From: the human T2T-CHM13v2.0 reference genome, Homo sapiens | Strand: one strand, 5' to 3' | Assembly: GCF_009914755.1 (NCBI RefSeq) | Contig: NC_060927.1 | Length of the DNA stretch: 64,000 nucleotides | In this document: in pieces, positions 45,038 through 64,000 of the stretch | Numbering within the stretch: the first letter of the stretch is position 1 | Layout of the letters: each line of letters begins with the position of its first letter | Position numbers and translations under genes: made by a program | The notes under the pieces: generated by a model | What the model saw: the letters and a program-made list of their open reading frames with translations, nothing else | Told to the model about the DNA's origin: nothing | Databases searched by the model: none

Positions 45038-45798
45038 TCATGTCTCTCTCTTATGTCTCTGGTCTCTGCCTGTGTCTCCCTCTCTCTATGTGTCTCTCAT
45101 CTCTGTCACTCTCCTGCTTTAGTTGGGCTCAGCATATTTGTTTTAATTTTTTCCACACAAGGTGTGGGTCCCCAAGTGCCACAGATGTGTCCTTGGAGGT
45201 GAAATTCTCAAGTTTGAGGAAGGGGAAATCCCTCGTTGGGGCTTGGTAAATCACCAAGCCTCAGGGACGCTTGATGTGGCCGCCACCTGGTGGCCACAGC
45301 AGGAGGTACGGCGTTGGTGGCCTGATGGGGGCTGGTAATGGGCGTGAGCCTTCCTGGGTGTCTGCAGCAGGGGCAGGCAGGCGTATTCTTTCCACTGTGT
45401 CATCACAGGGCCTGTGCTCTGGCTGGTGGCAAGCTCTGCCACTAACTCGGGAGATGAGAGGAACCGGGGTTGTGAGGAGTGCCTAGGACTAGACCAAGTG
45501 TGTGTGTTTGTGCGTGTGTGTGTGAGTGAGGCCTTGTCTCTCATGGATCGATTGTCTCCTCTACTTCAAAGTTCCTTTGGGGACTTTCCAGCCACTCACT
45601 AATGAAATGTTTAATATCCCACCTATTTTACAGAGTAAGAACCTGAGGCTCAGGTTGGTGAACTGACTTGCCCAAGGTCAGCAGCCTAGAACAGAAAATC
45701 AATCTGAGGTCTGTTGGACCTCAAAGCCAGTGCTACTCTGCCCTCCAACATTCTTCTACTTGGGGAGAGTTAAGGAAGGGGGGTGGATGTATACTCAC

Positions 45799-45906
45799 AG
45801 TCTCCAGGCCACCATTTGGTGGCAGTCAGCGTGGGGCTGTGTATCACAAACTCCTGGGTGGCTGCGTCATAGGTGGCTTCAGTCTCCAGGCCCTGAAGAT
45901 ATGTCC
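45799..45906 (-). CDS. ACOX2: ACOX2 exon 5 (108 nt)
   Basis: [36 protein letters not shown] (KWWPG motif); AAG| and |GTGAGT. Confidence 0.95.
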
Positions 45907-46347
45907 CTTAGGATCAAGGAGAGGTGTTAGACATTGGCCTGAGGTGGGGTTCTTACCTGTGAAGCTGCTTCTAGGTGGGTCTGAACTCTTAGGCATCAGC
46001 GCAGTATGGAGTGGGGCCCAGCTCCCAGCTGTACTTGCAGGCAGTTCTCCCCTTTCATCTGTGGGCTGTGTGTGGGACACACAGTCCCCTATAGCCAGTC
46101 CATGAGAAGGGGTGGCTGCTGATGTTTCCAGAAGGAATGACTTGCCCCACTGGGAGCTCATACAATACGTGCAAATTAGAAGGTGGCACCCCTTCCTCAG
46201 GACCCTTGACTGCCAGCTGCTGGAATGTTTTCTTATTAAACATATGTCCCTCGGAGCATATGAACCTATGACTACCTAGATGTAAATGGGCCCTCTGGAG
46301 TTTTGCAGTGCACAACCTAAACACCACACGCAGCAGTCCTAGCTCAC

Positions 46348-46499
46348 CATGTCCCAACTCTGTCTGTGCATACGTTGCGATGATCTGGATGTTTTTGCAG
46401 AGTGGGTCCCATTTGGCAATCTGCTCCTCTGAGCCCAGGCTCCTGAGGGCTCTCACGAAGACTCTGTGTATATTTAAGGCCACGTCTCCAGAAAGGGCT
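46348..46499 (-). CDS. ACOX2: ACOX2 exon 4 (152 nt)
   Basis: ALSGDVALNIH...YAQTELGHG motif; |GTGAGC. Confidence 0.96.
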
Positions 46500-46713
46500 C
46501 TGTTGGGGAGAGATGCTGTAGTTGAGTAGCTTATTGGAGACAGGGGCCCAGGTACCCCCTGCCTGAGCAGAGTACAGGAGATAAAGGGCACCTAGCATCC
46601 TGGTTTCCCAACAAGTCTTCCCTTTGTTGGGGGAAATGGCTCATGGGGCTAGGGGGTTTCCAGGTGATCCCAGGTAGATCCCTCTCTAGTGGGGCTGCTC
46701 GAGGAGTGAGCAC

Positions 46714-46876
46714 CTGTAAGCGTAGCCTAATTCACGACCATCTTCTAACCAACCCAGGCGCCGAGCTATCAACCGGATGTGGAATGCCCTCCGCATGGCA
46801 GCCTTATAACGCTCATTCTGGGTCATGAAATAATTGTCCTTACAGCTAAACTCCGGGTAACTGTGGATGATGCTCT
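46714..46876 (-). CDS. ACOX2: ACOX2 exon 3 (163 nt)
   Basis: SIIHSYPEFSCKDNYFMTQNERY...ELGYAYR; CAG| and |GTGCTC. Frame is consistent with exons 2 and 4. Confidence 0.94.
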
Positions 46877-47300
46877 CTGCAGAGGACAGAGAACAGAGGG
46901 CTTAGGGACCTGGGTGAGGTTTCTGGCACCTTCAAATCTTCTCACCCACTTGCTTCATGGATCTGGAAAGGAAGTCAGACATTATTGTTATTTTACAGAT
47001 GACAAAACTGAGGACCAAGGTGGGAAAGTGAATTGCCCAAGGTTACAAAGCTATGCAGTGGCAGAATTTTAGGACCAGAATCCAGGTCTTCTGCTGCCTA
47101 GGACTCTTCTATCCCCTAGGTGGGCTCAGGCAATATTGACATGTGAAGATTGTCTTTACAGTTCGAAGGAATGAATCTCTAACAGTGGAATTTCAAGGGC
47201 AAAGTTTGTTATTTGGAAGCAGAACTGCTAATGAAGGACTCTTCTTACAAGAGAAGCATGGGGCATAAAACAGATGTCCCATTCCCCAGCTTCCCCTTAC

Positions 47301-47460
47301 CAACTTTCCTGCGGAGTGCAGTGTTCTGGGCACCTCCATCAAGGATGTTGGTGAGCCGTTCCACGTCAAAGGACTGCATATACCTCTCGCTCTCTATGTC
47401 GGGGTGCATTTGCCTGCTCCAGGTATCCCCCAATGACACTCGGTGCACTGGGCTGCCCAT
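47301..47460 (-). CDS. ACOX2: ACOX2 exon 2 coding part (exon 47301-47551)
   Basis: MGSPVHRVSLGDTWSRQMHPDIESER...RRKV; donor |GTAAGG; acceptor CAG at 47552-47554. All coding exons sum to 2046 nt = 681 aa + stop. Confidence 0.96.
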
Positions 47461-49472
47461 CCTATCCTGGATCTGTCTGGTGACTGTGGAGAGACACTTC
47501 CAACCCGGCTGCTCCGAGGGTCTGCTCTCAGCATTGGTCAGTGCAAAGAACCTGTGTGCAAGAGGAACTGCCTAGGGCTGGGTGTCAGCCAGGGCTGGTT
47601 GGTAGAAGAAAGACATCCCTAAGTACCTGAATGCCACTCCACCTCCCCACTCCCCCTGTGGACACTGGCTGTGGACCAGGCACTGTGTGCATGGTAGGCA
47701 TGGTATGCAGCCATTGCTTGGTACATGTTTGTTCAATACTTGTTAGCCAAGATTGGACAGGGCCTGACCCCAAAGATTGGGCTCTATCCACTGCAGTTTG
47801 AGTTACATGAATTGCCTAGGGAAATCTTCACAAAAAAGTCAGTGAAGCTTACACCTGAAGAAAATAATCCTGGAGAGGTTGAGTGGCCCCTAGCCACACA
47901 GCTGGAGATGGCCAGGAGTTGGATGGGGTCTGACCACAAAGCACATGACTTGTCCATACTACAGCTCCACTGTGGAGGATTGCTGGGGGCACCTTGGTCT
48001 CATTAAACTGCTCATAAGTTCTAGGATCACTCAGCTCCATTTCTATGAGCCCTGCAGGTATATTGTGGAACTGAAGGGAGGAAGCCTTCTTCCTGCCTGT
48101 GAAGTGTTCCCCTGGAGCCCCTGAGTGTCTTTCATACCCAGGTTGGACCCTGTCTCCTTCATGGCAAGTGCTTGGCCTCTGAGAAGCCCCTATTCCTCCA
48201 CAGTGAGGCAACCATGAGGTGCAGTCCATCCTATTTCACAAGTCTCTTGAGTCCATCTGCTCCTTGCTATCTCTTTGGCTAGCATCCAGGCCACTGTTAT
48301 CTCTTACTTGGCCTCAGTGTTCCTCTTATTTGTTCTCCCAGCTGCCAGGTGAACTCTTGAACTGCAAATCACATTGTTTTCCTCTCCTGCTTGGAATCTG
48401 CTCCTTGGGGCCCACTGTTTGTGGAATGGAGTCCTTGCTGTGTCTACCCAACCCTACTCCACTCACCTCTCTCCTATGTCAACTTACTGCCCTCATCCCT
48501 GGCCTCCACTCATTCTCTTCCTACCCTTTGCCCCTGCTGTTCTCTCTGAACAAAGTTCAGCTCCCTCGTTCCCTGGGTGCTCTAGGGTTAGGGACAAGTT
48601 CTTATTTGCTTACATGTTCCTCCCACAAGGCCTGGGAGGCCAGCTCTGCGTTTCCTAGCTTGCAGCAGGTATGTTGTAAATCTCTCCGGCAGGCTGCCAT
48701 GCTTTTGATCCCCTTCCTTCCTGACCTCAACCTGACAGATGCACTGCTGTTATTACCATTTTATGGAGAGGATGTGGGCCTTGGAAAGGGAGGAGACTTT
48801 ATAAGGGTCATGCAACCACATGTAGCAAATGATTCATATGAGGCTTTCAAACCAATACCCCCAGCAGGGCTGTGGGGGTGCTGGCAAGGGGCCCCATCCT
48901 CTGCCCCCCGGAGTCCTGCAAGTGCCCCTAGTGCGGCTCCTCTCGTCCTGCCTTACCTCTTTTCCTTGCTCTGCTGCCACTGCCTCCTTGCTGTTCTGAA
49001 TGCTCCAGGCCTCCCTGCCACTGCCAGCTTTTGCTAGGGCATCTCCATCTGCCCAGAACACCCTTTCTTCAAATGTCACTAGGGCTTTTTGCATTGAACC
49101 TCATTTAACCTTAAAGAGGCCACCCTCTTTAAAACCCCAAGCCCCCTCCCCCGGCATTCCCTGTCCTCCTCACTCTGCTCTCCTTTTTCTCTTTTCACTT
49201 ATCCCCTTCTGACATTTGAGATCATTTACTCATTTCATATGTTTTTGTTTACTTCCATCTCCCTGCTACTAACACAGAAACTGCAAGAGGGCCGGGATCT
49301 TTGTCACTGTCATGCCGTGACCCTAACACTTAGTGCAGGGCCTGATTTGCAGGAGGTGCCCAGTGAAGAAAGCCTTGCTCAGGGTCTCTCGGAGCTGCGG
49401 ACAGGGTCATCATGGGGGCAGCCCTCTCCTCTGGGGTCTCCCAGTCCCTCCCTGCCCAAAAACCTGGCTCAC

Positions 49473-49570
49473 CTGGCTCCCCTCTGTCCTGTGTCCGCAC
49501 TGTAGGCCGGGCTGGCCTCTCCCCGGCTGTAGGCCGCAGCCTCTGGCAGGCTTGTGGTCCTGCCCTTCTC
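49473..49570 (-). other. ACOX2: ACOX2 non-coding exon 1 (TSS approximate)
   Basis: Donor CAG|GTGAGC at 49473/49472 in a GC-richer patch ~1.9 kb upstream of exon 2. Confidence 0.7.
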
Positions 49571-49621
49571 TCCTCCCACAGAGGGGCTGGAACACAGAAG
49601 CTGAGAGAAACTGCTTGGCCA

Positions 49622-49693
49622 GCTCTCAAGCCCTTGTCTGCTCTCAAGCCCTTGTCTGCTCTCAAGCCCTTGTCTGCTCTCAAGCCCTTGTCT
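49622..49693. repeat. 18-bp tandem repeat x4 (GCTCTCAAGCCCTTGTCT)
   Basis: Four identical copies read directly from the sequence. Confidence 0.97.
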
Positions 49694-49740
49694 GGGCTTA
49701 TGGAGCTCCTCTCCTTCCTCCCTCTCTTCCTGCATGGGTG

Positions 49741-49753
49741 TGACCTTTGTGCC
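49741..49753 (-). promoter_or_regulatory. DR1-like nuclear receptor element GGCACA-A-AGGTCA (HNF4/PPAR:RXR type)
   Basis: CAAAGGTCA core, ~180 bp upstream of the presumed ACOX2 TSS. Confidence 0.5.
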
Positions 49754-51189
49754 TGTCGCTGGGGCTGCCCTGGGAGGACTTCTGGGAGGTTGGAGCCCTT
49801 ACATCTCAAAGCCAGGGATTCCTTTGACACTACTTGTACCAAAAAGCTGTGTACCCCAGCAGTGTTTCCAAAGTGATATCCTGGTCTTCCCTGATCTTTC
49901 ACTGTGTGCCCTTCAGGCACTCAAGCTGTTAATATCACACGAGCTTAATAGGCTCCCCTCAGATGGTCCTCATGTGAAAGGATTGCTCTGTAAGGTGTAC
50001 GTTTTTCCTCTCTCCCCATGTTTCTGCTCTAAAATATGGCTTGTCTTATGCTTAGCATCCCCTGACATTCCCTGGAAAAATATTTGTGGAGCATCCATCT
50101 GTAGTGTGTGGGATCCAGATGAGAGCTGGGTCTTAGTGAGAGGAATGAGAGGCTTAGAGGTTCCCTCCCTGCATAACCACCTTGGAAAGTCAGATGCGGC
50201 TCCCCATTTTGCAGGTAAGGAAACAGGCTCAGGGAGGGATGTCACTTTGTTTGGGTTTGCACAATAAGTAGATTACGTAACACATTTGTGTAAGACTGGG
50301 AAAGAAATCAAGGGGCCAGTAGGAGATCAAGGCTCCTGTTCTGGCAGGACTTCTGAGCTATGTTGACTCTGAGCAGGTGTACTCCTTTCTGGGCCTTGGC
50401 CTCCCCTGTAATGCAAGGTATTTGCTCAGTAAGGAGCCTCACAGCACCCCATCATATCCCCAAGGTAGTGTCTAGCTTGTGTCTGTAGGAAGAGGCAGGA
50501 CCTGTGGCCCAAGCTTTGCAACTTATCACCTAGTAGGTCCTTCTGGAGCTGTGGGGCTCAGACTCCTGGCAGTCCTCATTGCTGTGGGCAGTGGTTTCAG
50601 GGAAGGTGGTCTTGGCCCCACTGTTTGGAGGTGAAAGTTCTTACTTACACCTGGACTCATCTCCGCCAAGGATTTATGCTATCACTGACCATGGGCAATG
50701 ACTTAGTTCCTCTCTGCCATAGAGAAAGGCTTGGATTGCAGGAAGTGCCCAGTGAAGAAAGCCTTGCTCAGGGGCCCTTGGAGCAAGGCTTTTTAATAAA
50801 CTCTCCATGTTTAAATTGTTTTCTCATCCGCTTTGAAGCTGACCCTGTTCTGTATGTTTTGGATGTGATCATTTTGATTTGTTGCACTGAAATCTTGAAT
50901 TCTCTAGCTTAAAAAGGCTTTTTAAATTACAAAATATTTCAAACTTGTACAAAAGTGGAGAGAAAAATATAATGAACCTGCATGTACCTAACACCCAGCA
51001 CTAACAATGATCACACTTGTCTCCTTGTTCTTTGTGTTTAACTTTTTATTTTGAAATAACTTTAGAATTTCAGAAAGCTGCAAAAAGTTCTTGTATATCC
51101 TTCACTCAGCTTCTTCTAAGGTACAATTATGAAACCAAGCCATTAACACTGCTGCAATATTGTCAGCTAATCTTCAGAACTTATTTGAG

Positions 51190-53010
51190 TGTGTCAGAGG
51201 TTCTCCAAGATCAACCTCAGGTCCAGTGATTTGCTAGGAAGACTCATAGAACTTAGAAACTGTTATACTGAGCCAGGCGTGATGGCTCACGCCTATAATT
51301 CCATTGCTTTGGGAGGTTGAGGCTTGAGGATCACTTGAGGCCAGGAGTTTGAGACCAGCCTGGACAACATAGCAAGACCCTGTCTCTACCAAAAAAGATG
51401 TAAAAATTAGCCCAGTGTGGTGGTGTGTGCCTGTAGTGCTAGCTCCTTGGGAGGATGCAGTGGAAGGATTGCTTGGGCCCAGAAGTTCGAAGCTGCAGTG
51501 AGCTATAATGGAACCACTATACTCTAGCCTGGGTGACAGAGTGAGACTTTGCCTCTAGAACAAACAAGAAGAAACTGTAATACTCATGGTTACAGTTTAT
51601 TACAGCAAAAGATTACAGATTAAAATCAGTAGAAGGAAAAGGTACATAGCACGAAGTCTAGGAGAGAATAGACTGAGCTTCTAGGTGTCCTCTCCCAGTG
51701 GTGTTGTATGGACAGCATTTAATTCTCCCAACAACGATGTTTACAATATGCACGAAGTATTGACAACCAGGGAAGCACACTTTTGAGGCAGGAGAACAGC
51801 AGAAGGAATTGGAGGTTGGATAAAGGGTGGAATGAGCGAAAGCAGAAGCAAGGTGAAGGGGTGAGTGAGCAAGAAGCAAGAGAAGAAGCAGAAGTTAAGC
51901 AGCCAAAACAAAAGTAAGATAAAAAACTGAGTAAAGAGACCCCATGGCTGGCAAGATCCTGACCAAACCAGTAAGGGGCAGCTCCTCCGAGATAGGCATG
52001 CTCATTAGAGCGAAAAAGCATCTTTAACATGACCCCGTATGATAATCAGCTCATTAAAGCTCATGCATATGGACTGCATATCATGCATGTACTTGAGATT
52101 ATGGAACGGAGGCGACGTGCAAGCGCACAAGGGCCAAACAAAGTAAGCAACACGCCTATCAATCAAAAGGCAGACACTAGCTAGAGACTCGGCAGCCTTG
52201 GGAAAAGAAAGGGAAAAAAGAACACATAAGAAGACCACAAGCCCAGGAAACTGATGCTGATCTCATCTCGCAGAGGTCAGCCCACTCTGCCCTCTTTGAG
52301 AGTATAATGCTGTGCTTAATAAACTATTGCTGCTGGCTTTGCTACTTGTGTGTATCACGTCCAGTTTTTTGGTTTTTTTGTTTTTTTGTTTTTGAGACAG
52401 AGCCTTGCTCTATTGCCCAGGCTGGAATGCAGTGGCTCACTGCAACCTCTGCCTCCTGGGTTCAAGCAATTCTCTTCCCCCAGCCTCCTGAGTAGCTGGG
52501 ATTACAGGCATGTGCCACCATGCCCGGCTAATTTTTGTATTTTTAGTAGAGACAGGGTTTCACCATGTTGGTCAGGCTGGTCTTGAACTTCTGACCTCAA
52601 ATGATCCGCACGCCTCAGCCTCCCAAAGTGCTGGGATTATAGGCATGAGCCACAGCACCCGGCCCAGTCCAGCTTTTCGTTTGGGACACCAAGAGCCTGG
52701 AACTGCATGGCACCATCTGGCAACACCTTGGTGTCCAGAGTTATTGCAGTCATCACAGAGCCATGGGATGCTTGTGTGGCTGACCTTAGCTACTCAGTCT
52801 CCATCGACTCCAGATGTGAAACTCATAGAGTGTGGCCTAAGGACCCACTCGGAATCACATTATTAGTATAAACTGCCTGGCATGGCCCAAGGCCCCAAGT
52901 ATACAAAGATACTGTTTTCAGGCAGGATATTCCAAGGGCATAGAGGTTACCTCCCAGGAGCTGTCAGGTGCCAGTCCTTTCTTTGGACTATGCAGGGTTT
53001 GAAATATTGC
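51190..53010. mobile_element. MER21-type LTR containing AluJ (51270-51570) and a MER61-like LTR (~51783-52724), which itself contains AluS (52365-52664)
   Basis: MER21-like phrases resume after each insert. Alu TSD agaaactgt(t/a)atact. The inner LTR runs TGAGGCAGGAGAA...GGCAACA with AATAAA at ~52318. Confidence 0.7.
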
Positions 53011-53680
53011 TGAGTTAACATTTTTCTGCATATTGAGTTTTGCTAGTTTTCCCACTAATGTTCTTTTCCTGGTTTAGGATTGAATTCAGGATCTCACGTT
53101 GCATGTAGTTAGTTGTCCTGTCTACATGAAACAGTATAGTTCCTCGGTCTTTCTTTGTCTTTTATGACCATGATACTTTGAAGAGTACTGGTCAGGTGTT
53201 TTGTAAATGTCTTTCAGTTTGAATTTGTCTGCTGTTTTCTTGTGATTGGATTGAAATTAAGTTCTTGGTTTTTTTTAAATATTTAGTTTACCATACCCTA
53301 TGTATATAAAGTTTTTTTGGTTTATTAAAATGCATCCACTTGTCAGTGATATTGTTTTGCTGATAATCAGAAATTTGATTCCTCATAGGTAGTATTAAAA
53401 TGCTATTTTGTATTCTTCCTATTTTTATACTTTAAAAATATTTAACTTATTTATCATTGAAAAATAAAGATAGTATATCTTTATCATGGACAATCAGGTG
53501 TTTTGAAATATGTATATGCATTGTGGAATTGCTAAATCAAGCTAATTTACACATTCATTACCTCACATACTAATTTTTTGTGGTAAGAACACTTAAAATC
53601 TACTCTCTTAGCAATTTTCAAGTATATAATACATTGCTGTTAATTACAGTCACCATGTTGTACATATTGTATTATGTTAT

Positions 53681-53975
53681 TGAAACCACCTTTGCAAACA
53701 TTGTAACTGAGAAAATGATGACAATCAAAGAAATCTGACCTAACTGACTCCATCTTGCTTCTAACCTCCAAACTGTCCTTGTTCATTCCTGGGCATAGGC
53801 CAAACTGATTTTGGGAGGAACTGAATTTATAGTTTAACTTTGAACAAAGAAAGTAACAGCCCTTTCCCAAAATAAACTCCTTTCTTGCATGAGGACTAGA
53901 CTGCCTTTGCAGGACTAACAAATTAGCTACAAGATTAGAAATTATGGTTTAGGAGTCATGCAGCTGGACTCCTAA
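53681..53975 (+). mobile_element. LTR8-like ERV1 LTR fragment
   Basis: Starts tgaaaccacctttgcaaa; contains gactccatcttgcttctaacctcc. Confidence 0.65.
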
Positions 53976-53976
53976 G

Positions 53977-53978
<2 letters not shown>

Positions 53979-54030
<52 letters not shown>
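53979..54030. repeat. (TG)n microsatellite, ~26 units
   Basis: Read directly. Confidence 0.97.
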
Positions 54031-55900
<1,870 letters not shown>

Positions 55901-55909
55901 GGAAATACT

Positions 55910-63969
<8,060 letters not shown>

Positions 63970-64000
63970 GATAATGTTAACTGTTACCTCGTTGCTTTGT

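Noticed and set aside
49622-49693. CRISPR-like array or p53 element in the 18-bp repeat
   Set aside because: No spacers and the context is eukaryotic; the RRRCWWGYYY half-sites are incomplete.
48219-49920. 272-aa and 196-aa ORFs near the ACOX2 promoter, including DKGLRA repeats
   Set aside because: Low-complexity, L2-derived or VNTR-derived; non-ATG starts and no family resemblance.

Overview
Primate, most likely human, genomic DNA matching the KCTD6-ACOX2 locus (3p14.3 from recollection). KCTD6 lies on the + strand with a CpG-island promoter at ~4.1-4.95 kb and a 237-aa CDS split between 11133-11159 and 13324-14010. ACOX2 lies convergently on the - strand. I reconstructed 14 coding exons plus a non-coding exon 1; they join in frame into an intact 681-aa peroxisomal branched-chain acyl-CoA oxidase ending in the PTS1 signal SKL, and intron 8 has a GC donor. 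The rest is mostly transposon-derived: about 30 Alus, L1, L2, MLT1/MER21/MER61/LTR8-type LTRs, a Tigger3 element, a 3'-truncated RPL27 retrocopy and a full-length SVA. Repeat subfamily names come from recalled consensus sequences, not from a search. I see no wholly new multi-gene system. The most interesting structures are: (1) the SVA carries a ~450-bp 5' transduction inside its target-site duplication (TSD), possibly from a spliced, capped RNA; (2) a 17-nt duplication of the KCTD6 exon-3 acceptor would create a uORF whose stop overlaps Met10; (3) a copy of the spliced exon8/9 junction sits just inside the ACOX2 GC donor; (4) the ACOX2 promoter has an 18-bp x4 repeat and is bracketed by 38-bp direct repeats.
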